Source: Candidatus Calditenuis fumarioli (GTDB lineage Archaea > Thermoproteota > Nitrososphaeria_A > Caldarchaeales > Calditenuaceae). From it: a stretch of DNA of 64,000 nt. The notes beneath the pieces are model-generated. The model searched no databases and was not told where the DNA came from. It saw nothing but the letters and a program-made list of their open reading frames with translations. Shown here one piece after another: positions 19,393 through 27,948 of the stretch (position 1 is its first letter; each line of letters opens with the position of its first letter). A program made the position numbers and the translations under genes. The stretch lies in contig JANVYR010000001.1 of NCBI GenBank assembly GCA_030059665.1, positions 39,203-103,202 on the forward strand. Direction: 5' to 3'.

Positions 19393-21969
19393 TTGCGGGG
19401 ATCATCAGGTCCCTCCGTCGCCTCGTTCGCGCTTCTGGTGTTCTCCCTTCTGCTGGCTCTCGGTTCGCTGGTCCTCCTCACCGAGCCCGCGTCCGCACAG
19501 CCCAGGTGGAGCTTCCGCGCCAACGTAACCGGCACGCTCTACCCAGGAGAGGAAGGGACGATCCTCGTCTCGGTGATGAACACCGAGTGCGTGAACAGGG
19601 TCCGGATGGCCAAGCTCGACTACACCAGGCACGACTTCGTCAGGAACGTCGAGGAGCCCCAGATCGAGGCCATCAGGGCAAGGCTCGAGGAGCTGAAGGG
19701 GCTGAACCTCATCGGGAACTATCTGATCGCAGAGAATTCAAGCCAGCTCTTCGGGAGCGTCGTCCGGTTCAACCTAACGGTCTTCGTCTACGACTACTGC
19801 ACGGGCCGTAACGCTCAGGTCCAGAAGGCCAGGGTCTGGTTCACATGGCCGGGTTACGGCAGGTCCTACAGCTCCGAGGTCGTCGTGGGGAGGACGCTAC
19901 CGCCGTTCGACGTGCTCGGGTACGTCGTCACCGGCTCCACCTCAGGCTTCAGGATCGACCTCTCGTTCGCATTCAAGGTGCCGAAGGACATCGACTCGGA
20001 GCTCCTGGTGCCCTCCACCCCGGTCGTCGAGCTGGACGCGGTCGTCACAAGGGATCAGTACACCTTCGGAGGGCCGTTCGGTCTGAGGGAGGTCGTGGTG
20101 ACCGGATCGGTCAGGATAGAGCCGTTCAGGACCTTCGAGCTCCTGATCACCGACAGCTACGGCGAGAGGCCACTGCCTTCTGCGACTCTTCGGCTACAGG
20201 CCCACGTCTACCCCTTCTCGCTCGAGCTCCGAACGGGACCTGACGGTAGGCTATTGATCAGGAGGCTCCCCGACCAGTACAGCTACAGGGCCTACGTGCT
20301 CTTCCAGACACCGGTCGTAGAGGAGCCGATCACGGTAGCCGTGCTCGACGTCGAAGCGAGGGAACTTGCGGCTTCCGGAACCATCAGGACCGAACTGTAC
20401 ACGGTGAGGGTCTCCGTGCGGGACTCGAAGGGCAAGCCTGTCCAGGGAGCTGACGTGACCCTTTCGCCGATCGAGGTGATCTACGCCAAGGAATGGAGGC
20501 CGGTTTCGGTGACCACGACCGGTGAAGGCAAGGCCGAGTTCCCGCTGATATCTCGAGGCAACTACTCGGTCTCCGTCAGAAGACTCGGGATCGAGGTCTT
20601 CAGCTCCTCGCTCTACGTGGGATATCACCCGACGTACGGCTTCAGGGAGCCAAACCTGGACGCGGTCGCGAGGCTCGACGACCTGAAGGTCTCGGTGGTG
20701 GACGGCAAGGGGAGGCCGGTGCCCGCGAACGTGGAGGTCATGATGTCCCCAAGCGGAGAGGTCCTCGCCTCGCTCACCGCACCCGATGGGAAGGTCCTTC
20801 TGGCCCAGATCCCCGTGATCGATTACCGCATCAGGGTCAGCGTCAAGTCGTCGCTGGGAACGGCGCTGGTCAGCGAGGCCACCGCGAGGCCTGGCGATGG
20901 CGAGGGTGTTACGGTCCGGATGCCTTTGTTCAGGGTGAGGCTCGAGGCCCGAACCGCAGACGGCAGGCCCCTGCCGGAGGGAACGGTCAGGGTCGACGGC
21001 GCGAGCTTCGAGTTAGTGGGCGGCTCGATAGCTCTGGACCTGGTCCCTGAGGGACCACACCGGATCTCGGTCACGTTCAGGGGAGCGGAGGTCTTCACGG
21101 GCGAGCTCGTGGTCGCTGACGACCAGGAACGGGTGCTCCCGGCATCGGTCTACAGGCTGGATCTGAGCTTCGTGGACGCCGAGGGGAACCCTGTCGACGT
21201 CTCGTGGCGTGCATCGGGGGCCGGCCTCAGAAAGGAGGGCACAGGCCGCTCCGTTACGCTCGATCTAGTCCCGGACGTTCAGCTCGAGCTCTCCGTGACC
21301 TACCGCTTCCTCAACACGAGCGCGGATCTGCTGCGGCTGACCGAAAGGGTCTCGTCCCTCGCGAAGGAGGACCGGCTGGTTCTGCCGCTGGCGAGGCTCA
21401 GGGTCTCGGTGGTCTGGGACTACGGCGCGCCCTTCTCAGGTTCCATCTCCCTGACATATGGGAACGCATCCGTGACAGGCCAGGTGAGGAACGGCGAGTT
21501 CTCCACAGGAGTTCCAGTCCCCTTCGGCAACTACTCCTTCAGGGTCGCTGACGGTTTCGGAAACGTCCTGAGCTCGGGCGTCGTCCATCACCGTGGCGAG
21601 ACCATCAGGATCACCGTGAGGACCGTCCGGATCGCGGTGGACGTGATAGACCTGTTCGGCACGCCTGTTCCGGGAGCCAACGTCAGGGTCCTCCTCGGAC
21701 CATCTCCCTACCGCATGGGTATCACCGATCTGACCGGAAGGGTCGAGTTCACGGGCCTTCCCGAGCGCCTCTCCCCGTATGTGGTGGAGGTAACCGTCAG
21801 GGATTACGTGGAGCGCAAAATGGTGTCCGCGTCATCAACCTTCACCGTCCCCTACGTCCGCGTGCTGGACTCGCTGCTGTCGTTGCTCGAACTCGGAATC
21901 GTTGCTGTTGCCGTCTTAGCCGCCAGTGCCGCACTGGCATTATACTCTATCCGGCGACCAAGGTCCTGA
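19393..21969 (+). CDS. Large secreted cell-surface glycoprotein (S-layer-like), with an N-terminal signal peptide and a C-terminal TM anchor
   Basis: 858 aa. The N-terminus is a signal peptide (hydrophobic FALLVFSLLLALGSLVLL, then ASA-QP). There are many N-x-S/T sequons (NVTGT, NSSQ, NLTV, NYSV, NTSA, NASV, NYSF). Repeated beta-sandwich-like segments resemble carboxypeptidase-regulatory domains. The C-terminus has a TM helix plus a basic tail (LGIVAVAVLAASAALALYSIRRPRS). The start is TTG, so the exact start is uncertain. Confidence 0.65.
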   Translation: MRGSSGPSVASFALLVFSLLLALGSLVLLTEPASAQPRWSFRANVTGTLYPGEEGTILVSVMNTECVNRVRMAKLDYTRHDFVRNVEEPQIEAIRARLEELKGLNLIGNYLIAENSSQLFGSVVRFNLTVFVYDYCTGRNAQVQKARVWFTWPGYGRSYSSEVVVGRTLPPFDVLGYVVTGSTSGFRIDLSFAFKVPKDIDSELLVPSTPVVELDAVVTRDQYTFGGPFGLREVVVTGSVRIEPFRTFELLITDSYGERPLPSATLRLQAHVYPFSLELRTGPDGRLLIRRLPDQYSYRAYVLFQTPVVEEPITVAVLDVEARELAASGTIRTELYTVRVSVRDSKGKPVQGADVTLSPIEVIYAKEWRPVSVTTTGEGKAEFPLISRGNYSVSVRRLGIEVFSSSLYVGYHPTYGFREPNLDAVARLDDLKVSVVDGKGRPVPANVEVMMSPSGEVLASLTAPDGKVLLAQIPVIDYRIRVSVKSSLGTALVSEATARPGDGEGVTVRMPLFRVRLEARTADGRPLPEGTVRVDGASFELVGGSIALDLVPEGPHRISVTFRGAEVFTGELVVADDQERVLPASVYRLDLSFVDAEGNPVDVSWRASGAGLRKEGTGRSVTLDLVPDVQLELSVTYRFLNTSADLLRLTERVSSLAKEDRLVLPLARLRVSVVWDYGAPFSGSISLTYGNASVTGQVRNGEFSTGVPVPFGNYSFRVADGFGNVLSSGVVHHRGETIRITVRTVRIAVDVIDLFGTPVPGANVRVLLGPSPYRMGITDLTGRVEFTGLPERLSPYVVEVTVRDYVERKMVSASSTFTVPYVRVLDSLLSLLELGIVAVAVLAASAALALYSIRRPRS

Positions 21970-22146
21970 ACTCCGACGGTCATATCCGGGAATTGGTTTC
22001 CTGAGGTCCTACGGAATTTTTGGGAAAGGTCATGTGATCCGCAGGGAATCCTCGTATATCATCCCGCATCTGACAATAATATGGTGCTGGTGGGCGAAAT
22101 CTATCACGGTTATAGTGGGTTTGTGGCCAATTGAGCCCGAAGACCG

Positions 22147-23268
22147 ATGCAGAGGTTCGTAGAGTACGTCTCGAGCTACGAACTCGAGGGCGGTTGGAAA
22201 ACTGAGAAGAGGAAAAGCCACCCACTCCACTCCCTATGCTCACGGACCGGTTCCTTCCCACCGGCTTTGGCGAGGTGGTACATCGAGCGCTGCTCGGCAC
22301 CTGGAGGCGTTGTGTTGGACCCGTTCTCCGGGAAGGGGACGGCGCCCCTGGAGGCTTGCCTGGGAGGCAGAATAGGCATCGGCAACGACCTAGCGCCCGA
22401 GGCGTACATCCTGACCAGGGCTAAGGTGAGGCCGGTGACGTTCGGGGAGGTGAAGGGGTGGGTTGAGAGGAACAGGCGCTTCATCGAGGGCTACAGATCC
22501 TCCGATGCTCCGGAGGAGGTGGAGGTCTTCTACAGCAGGAGGACGCTCAGGCAGATACTCGCCGTCAGGGAGCTGCTGAGGGAACCTGAGGAGGACGTGG
22601 ACTGGTTCGTGAGCGCGGTGATGCTGGGAATCCTGCACGGCTCATCCAGCGACTCGCTATCGGTCAAGTGCTCCCACTCCTTCTCGATGTCGCCCGGATA
22701 CGTCAAGAGGTCGGTCAGGGAGCTGCGCCTTAGGAAGCCGGAGAGGAACGTTCCCGATTGCATCCTGATGAGGGCGAGGAGGGTGCTCTGCGAGGGGATC
22801 CCGAGCGTGAGGGGTGATGCGTTCAACGTCGACGCCAGGTCGCTGCCTCTCGGAGACGAGTCGGTGGACCTGATCGTGACCTCGCCGCCCTACTTCAGCA
22901 TGCAGACCTACGCGTGGGACAACTGGCTCAGGCTTTGGTTCCTCGGCCACGACTACCGTGAGGTAGCCAAGAGGCTCTTCCACACCAGCTCCGTCCCCAA
23001 GTTCCTCGAGTTCATGGAGGAGGTCCTCAGGGAGTCGCACAGGGTCCTGAAAAGGGGAGGAGCCTGTGTCCTGGTCCTCGGCGTGGTCAGGTTGAAGGGG
23101 GTGCTGATCAACATGGCGGAACTCCTCCTCCCCGTCGCGGAGAGGGTCGGGTTTGAACCGATCAGGATAGTGGCCGACGAGATACCGAAGGAGCGGAAGT
23201 ACCTGATGTACCTGGACAGGTCGCAGGGCGTGGGGAGGGAGGTGGTCCTGGAGCTGAGGAAAAGGTGA
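22147..23268 (+). CDS. DNA amino-methyltransferase (N6-adenine or N4-cytosine), PF01555-like motifs in permuted order
   Basis: 373 aa. The N-terminal segment HPLHSL...FPPALARWYIERCSAPGGVVLDPFSGKGTAPLEACLGGRIGIGNDLAPEAY matches the motif X / motif I (DPFxGSGTT) region of amino-MTases. Motif IV, IVTSPPYFSMQTY, is near residue 245. An AT-rich spacer lies upstream. Confidence 0.7.
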   Translation: MQRFVEYVSSYELEGGWKTEKRKSHPLHSLCSRTGSFPPALARWYIERCSAPGGVVLDPFSGKGTAPLEACLGGRIGIGNDLAPEAYILTRAKVRPVTFGEVKGWVERNRRFIEGYRSSDAPEEVEVFYSRRTLRQILAVRELLREPEEDVDWFVSAVMLGILHGSSSDSLSVKCSHSFSMSPGYVKRSVRELRLRKPERNVPDCILMRARRVLCEGIPSVRGDAFNVDARSLPLGDESVDLIVTSPPYFSMQTYAWDNWLRLWFLGHDYREVAKRLFHTSSVPKFLEFMEEVLRESHRVLKRGGACVLVLGVVRLKGVLINMAELLLPVAERVGFEPIRIVADEIPKERKYLMYLDRSQGVGREVVLELRKR

Positions 23269-24395
23269 TGGACGTGATCGTGGAGACGCACGGAGAGGTC
23301 TGCCGCCTCGGATACCTCAGGGCCATCACGGCGATAGCCGCATCCCTCGGTGAGGGCACCACCCTGGAGTACATAGCGGCCATGCTCCACAGCCTCGTGC
23401 AGAGCACCCCGCTCGTCGACCAGTCCGAGGAGAAGTTGACCGGCTTCATCAGGAACCCGGTGACCGCGAGGAACTACGTCACCCTGGCGAGGGACCTGGG
23501 CTTCGTCGGCGGCGAGAGGACCGGCGGGCTCGGAACATGGGGTAGGATATACATGGCGATGAAGTCGTCGGCGAAGTTCTCGGCGTACGTCAGGGGAGAC
23601 GTGAAGCTGAGCCACAGGGACCTGATATCGCTCAACCCGGTCGAGAAGTTCCTGATGCTGTACGTCGTCCTCCAGCGAGACCACCTGATGACGAAGAGGC
23701 TCCTCGAGTTCGCGATCGAGAGGGGCGAGTTCACCAGGAACGAGGCGATGATCTTCCTGATGGAGGAGGTCTACCCGGAGGTTTTGAGGACGCTGATGAG
23801 CTCGGCCGGGAAGAGGAGGAGGGCGGAGCTGATGCAGAAGCTTGAGGAGGCCCAGCGCTTCAGGGAGCTCAGGGAGAGCTTCGGGAGGAAGTCCGAGTGG
23901 ATCAGGTCCCCGCTATACGCGAAGTACCGGCACGTCGCACCTCCGAGGCTCGAGTGGCTGGTGGACCTCGACCTGCTATCGAAGGTGAGGCGCGGAAGGT
24001 ATGCGGTCTCAGAGCTCCTCAGGAACAACTCCTCCATTTTCAGGAAGGTGCTGGGCTTCCCGCCCTCCTCGCTCCCTGACCAGCTCTTCGCCAACATCGC
24101 ACCCGTTTACCTGAAGTACGTGAAGTCGCCTCCCAGGGGCATGTCGCTCCAGGCACTGCTGACAGCGTTCCGGCAGCTCTCGAGGGACGGGAGGGAGCCG
24201 GTGAACGTCAAGACGCTCGAGGTCGCAACCTCCTTCCTGCTGCTGGAGAACAACCTGCTGATGACGCCGAAGGAGGCGCACGAGTTCCTGAACGGCCTAT
24301 CGCTGATCCACTCGGACAAGATCTTCATGACGCCGATGGAGGACGGCCTTTACATCACCCGCATCGCGCTGAGGGAGACGGACCTCACCACCTAA
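23265..24395 (+). CDS. Hypothetical protein, translationally coupled to the DNA methyltransferase (candidate restriction endonuclease or defence partner)
   Basis: 376 aa. The ATG overlaps the MTase stop (ATGA). No recognisable catalytic motif by eye. The function is inferred from context only. Confidence 0.45.
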   Translation: MMDVIVETHGEVCRLGYLRAITAIAASLGEGTTLEYIAAMLHSLVQSTPLVDQSEEKLTGFIRNPVTARNYVTLARDLGFVGGERTGGLGTWGRIYMAMKSSAKFSAYVRGDVKLSHRDLISLNPVEKFLMLYVVLQRDHLMTKRLLEFAIERGEFTRNEAMIFLMEEVYPEVLRTLMSSAGKRRRAELMQKLEEAQRFRELRESFGRKSEWIRSPLYAKYRHVAPPRLEWLVDLDLLSKVRRGRYAVSELLRNNSSIFRKVLGFPPSSLPDQLFANIAPVYLKYVKSPPRGMSLQALLTAFRQLSRDGREPVNVKTLEVATSFLLLENNLLMTPKEAHEFLNGLSLIHSDKIFMTPMEDGLYITRIALRETDLTT

Positions 24396-24949
24396 GCGAT
24401 GGACCTGAGGTTCCTGATCAGCTCCCTGACCGCTTTGGCCCTGTGCGACCTGAGGTTCTTCTCCTCGGGAGTCATCTCCGCGAAGGTCCGCTCCGACCCT
24501 TCTGGAACGAAGACCGGATCGAACCCGAACCCGCCGGTGCCCCTCGGACTCTCCGCTATGAAGCCCCTCACCTCGCCGAGGAAGACGCTCACCTTGCCCT
24601 CCCGGTCGACGTGGGCGACGGCGGACCTGAAGACGGCCGACCTGTCCCGGGCACCTCGCATCAGCCGTAGCAACCCATCGATGCCGATGGTCCTGAAGAC
24701 GTACGAGGAATAGGGTCCAGGGAAGCCGTTCAGCGCCTCCACGAAGAGCCCAGCGTCCTCCACGACCACGTCTCCCCCGAACTTCGCGTAGGCGTCGAGG
24801 GCCGAGGTCCTGGCGATCTCCGCCAGATCGTCGGACTGGATCTCGAGGACGCGGGCGTTGATCCGCTCCACCCTGACGGAGTGCTCCGCGAAGACCAGCG
24901 AGACCTCGAGCCACTTGCCGTCGTTGGTGGTTACGAACCTCAGGACCAA
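24392..24949 (-). CDS. Non-canonical purine NTP pyrophosphatase (Ham1/RdgB, ITPase)
   Basis: 185 aa. The Ham1 family signature FGFDPVFVPEGSERTFAEM...EKN is present. Confidence 0.8.
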   Translation of the reverse strand: MVLRFVTTNDGKWLEVSLVFAEHSVRVERINARVLEIQSDDLAEIARTSALDAYAKFGGDVVVEDAGLFVEALNGFPGPYSSYVFRTIGIDGLLRLMRGARDRSAVFRSAVAHVDREGKVSVFLGEVRGFIAESPRGTGGFGFDPVFVPEGSERTFAEMTPEEKNLRSHRAKAVRELIRNLRSIA

Positions 24950-24959
24950 CCCGGCCCCC

Positions 24960-25439
24960 TCAGCCGCCGTAGTACCAGCCGGTGTCCCACATGACGAGGT
25001 ACCGGTCTGCCTGCCTCACGAGCTCGCCGTCGACCACCTTACCCACGTAGATCACGTGGTCTCCCTGATCGACCTTCTCGACCACCTGACACTCGAACCA
25101 GGCAGGGCACTCCTCCAGAACCGGCAGAGAGAGGGTCCTGGAGAGCCTGAACGGGTGGCCGTTGATGTTGTTCCCCTCCACCTTGACGGGCTTGAAGAAG
25201 TCGGCTGCGAGCTGCTTCTGGTCGGCCGAGAGGACGTTCACCGCGAAGGACCTGGAACTCTCTACGGCTCGCTGGAGGCCGCTATCGCGTTTGAGCGCCA
25301 CCACCACCAGCGGCGGGTTGAAGCTCGTCTGCGTCAGGAAGTTCACCGTGGCCGCGGAGAGCTCACCACCGGACCTGCTCGTGACGACGTACAGCCCGTA
25401 TGTCAGGGTCCTGAGGGCCTTCCTGAACGCCTCCGACAC
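24960..25439 (-). CDS. Flavin reductase-like domain protein (FMN-binding split barrel)
   Basis: 159 aa. LYVVTSRSGGELSAATVNF...NPPLVVVAL is typical of the Flavin_Reduct domain. Confidence 0.75.
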   Translation of the reverse strand: MSEAFRKALRTLTYGLYVVTSRSGGELSAATVNFLTQTSFNPPLVVVALKRDSGLQRAVESSRSFAVNVLSADQKQLAADFFKPVKVEGNNINGHPFRLSRTLSLPVLEECPAWFECQVVEKVDQGDHVIYVGKVVDGELVRQADRYLVMWDTGWYYGG

Positions 25440-25488
25440 GCATCAGGACCGCGGGGGCCGCACTTCAACCTTAGCCGATTACTCCGCA

Positions 25489-26148
25489 TCAGTCCTCTAC
25501 CCTCTCCACGTACCTCCCCCTCGCCCTGATCTCCTCGACCCTCTCCAGCACCTCCCTCGTCCTGAGGGGGCCAGCCACCTCCTCGTAGCCCGACCTGAAG
25601 GACTCCATGAAGGCGTCGGCGATCTCCGGGTAGCCGGACCTTAGGCTCCGGTCGAGGAGGTGGTAATCGATCGCGTGCTCCTCGATGTCTGGGGAGTGCC
25701 CCGAGAGGCCGAAGTCGATCAGGTAGGGCTTGCCGCGCTGAACGATCACGTTGGAAGGCACCAGGTCTCCGTGGTAGAGCTCGGCGGAGTGGAGACGAGC
25801 GACGTAGGCGCCGAGGGCCCTCGCAATGGACGGTATGTCGCCCTCCCGTCTACTCAGAACCGACCTCAGGTCGTCGCCGAGGACGTACTGCATGTAGATC
25901 GTTGATGTGGAGAGCTCCAAATGGACGACGGAGGGACACGGAACGCCCAACCGCTTCGCCCTGTGCATGATCCTCGCCTCCCGCTCCGTCCGCTCGGTCC
26001 TGATCTGGTGGTCGACCTCCGGCCTCCTGTAGGGCTTGGGGACCCTGGTCTTCGCGACGAGCAGCAGGCCGTTCCACCGGACGAGCCTCACCACCGCCTC
26101 CGCGCCCACCTGAAGCACCCTCAGCTCCTCGAAGGGTCCGCCATCCAA
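25489..26148 (-). CDS. bud32: KEOPS complex kinase Bud32 (Kae1-associated kinase)
   Basis: 219 aa. An atypical small RIO-like kinase with catalytic HGDLVPSNVIV and DFG (IDFGLSG). It overlaps the end of kae1 by 28 nt. Confidence 0.8.
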   Translation of the reverse strand: MDGGPFEELRVLQVGAEAVVRLVRWNGLLLVAKTRVPKPYRRPEVDHQIRTERTEREARIMHRAKRLGVPCPSVVHLELSTSTIYMQYVLGDDLRSVLSRREGDIPSIARALGAYVARLHSAELYHGDLVPSNVIVQRGKPYLIDFGLSGHSPDIEEHAIDYHLLDRSLRSGYPEIADAFMESFRSGYEEVAGPLRTREVLERVEEIRARGRYVERVED

Positions 26149-27125
26149 GGGACTTCCACCTCGTCTATCCTGTACCTAGGCCTCACCCTGCTCTCCTCTA
26201 TCGGAACCGTCATGCCGTGGAGGTACATCAGGAGACCTGTCCAGGCGATCATGGCCCCGTTGTCGCCGAGCAGGTCGTCGGGTATCTGACGGAACGAGGC
26301 GCCGTGCAGCCCGACCATCCTGGAGACCATCTCGGAGAGCCGCCTGCTCCTCGCCAGCCCTCCCACCACCAGGACCTCCTTCTTCCCGGTCAGGGCAAGG
26401 GCGCGCTCCAGGACCTCGGTCAGCATCGAGTAAACGGCCTCGGTGAGCGAGAGGCAGAGGTCCTCGACCCTGTGGCCGGTCCTTGCGAGGGAGAGGGCCC
26501 GCGTGAGGAGGCCGCTGAAGGAGACGTCCATGCCCTTCACTTTCATCGGCAGGGGCACGTACCTCTCTCCCCTTGAGGCCAGCAGCTCCGGCGCAGGCAT
26601 CGGTCCTATCCCGACCTTGATGCCGAAGGCGTCGAGGCAGTTTCCCGCCGCTATGTCGAGCGTCTCACCGAGTATCCTGTACCTTCCCGCGTTGTGGGTG
26701 GTCACCAGCGTGTTCCCTCCTGCCACGTAGAGCACCACCGGGTCCCTGAAGCCGGTCGACAGCCGGCCGATCTCGATGTGGGCCACTCCGTGGTTGACCG
26801 CGACCAGAGGCCTGTTGAGGCGGTACGCCAGAGCCCTCGCGACGGTCGCACCGGTCCTCAGGCAGGGCCCGAGACCAGGTCCTGCGGTGAAGGCAACCGC
26901 GTCGACCTCCCTCAGCCCGATCCCCGCCCTCTCGAGGGCCCTCTCTAGGACCTCGTGGGCCACCGAGGCGTGGTGCTGCGCCGCCTCCCTCGGGTGTATC
27001 CCGGAGTCAACCGGCCTGTAAACCGCCAGCTCGTTCGCGAGTATCCTTCCGGAGGAGGTGGCTACGCCGACGCCGAAGGTGTGGGCCGACGACTCGATCC
27101 CGAGGCAGATCACCTCTCCGCGCAA
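26121..27125 (-). CDS. kae1: tRNA N6-adenosine threonylcarbamoyltransferase Kae1 (KEOPS)
   Basis: 334 aa. An ASKHA fold with the Kae1/TsaD signatures LGIESSAHTFGVGV, HxxH metal site (VNHGVAHIE) and GGVA. Confidence 0.9.
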   Translation of the reverse strand: MRGEVICLGIESSAHTFGVGVATSSGRILANELAVYRPVDSGIHPREAAQHHASVAHEVLERALERAGIGLREVDAVAFTAGPGLGPCLRTGATVARALAYRLNRPLVAVNHGVAHIEIGRLSTGFRDPVVLYVAGGNTLVTTHNAGRYRILGETLDIAAGNCLDAFGIKVGIGPMPAPELLASRGERYVPLPMKVKGMDVSFSGLLTRALSLARTGHRVEDLCLSLTEAVYSMLTEVLERALALTGKKEVLVVGGLARSRRLSEMVSRMVGLHGASFRQIPDDLLGDNGAMIAWTGLLMYLHGMTVPIEESRVRPRYRIDEVEVPWMADPSRS

Positions 27126-27219
27126 ACCCTCCTGGAGACGGATCGGCTGGGCCGGTCATAAGGTCATTCCGGAAGAGCTCGGAACTAAATTATGGGAAGT
27201 AGGCGGTGGGTGAGGAAGG

Positions 27220-27936
27220 ATGCGGACGATGCTGAAGGTCGAGGGCCTGAGGTCCGGGTACGGAGGGTCGGAGGTCCTGCACGGGGTCTCGCTCGAGGTG
27301 CACGAGGACGAGGTGGTCTCGGTGATAGGCCCGAACGGCGCCGGGAAGTCGACGCTGCTCCTGACGATCGCCGGGATAGTTCGGCCTCACGAGGGCAGGA
27401 TCCTCTACGACGGCGTTGACGTGACGTCGCTACCGGTCCACGAGCGGGTGAGGAGGGGTCTGGTCCTCTGCCCGGAGCGTAGGAGGCTCTTCCCGGAGAT
27501 GACGGTCGGTGAGAACCTCCTGGCCGGAGCCTACCTGAGAAGGGACAGGGAGGGCGTGAGGAGGGACCTGGAGAAGGTCTTCGAGATCTTCCCGTTCATC
27601 AGGGAGAGGTGGAACCAGATGGCGGGAACCCTCAGCGGCGGCGAGCAGCAGATGGTCGCCATCGCGAGGGCCCTCATGTCCAGGCCGAGGCTACTGATGT
27701 TGGACGAGCCGAGCGTGGGGCTGGCGCCGGTGATGAAGGTGACCGTCTTCGAGAAGGTAAGGGAGATCCGGGAGAGGGAGGGGATACCGGTGCTGGTCGT
27801 GGAGCAGGACGCTTACCTTGCCATGTCGGTCTCCGACAGGACCTACGTCCTCGAGAGCGGCTCGGTCGTCCTCGAGGGGAGGTCGTCGGAGCTCATGTCG
27901 AACGACGACGTCAAGTCCCGTTACCTCGGCCTCTGA
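27220..27936 (+). CDS. livF: Branched-chain amino acid ABC transporter ATP-binding protein LivF-type
   Basis: 238 aa. Walker A GPNGAGKST, signature LSGGEQQM and Walker B LLMLDEP. It is typical LivF but lies 19 kb from the livHMG genes. Confidence 0.85.
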   Translation: MRTMLKVEGLRSGYGGSEVLHGVSLEVHEDEVVSVIGPNGAGKSTLLLTIAGIVRPHEGRILYDGVDVTSLPVHERVRRGLVLCPERRRLFPEMTVGENLLAGAYLRRDREGVRRDLEKVFEIFPFIRERWNQMAGTLSGGEQQMVAIARALMSRPRLLMLDEPSVGLAPVMKVTVFEKVREIREREGIPVLVVEQDAYLAMSVSDRTYVLESGSVVLEGRSSELMSNDDVKSRYLGL

Positions 27937-27948
27937 GGGAGTCCTCCC

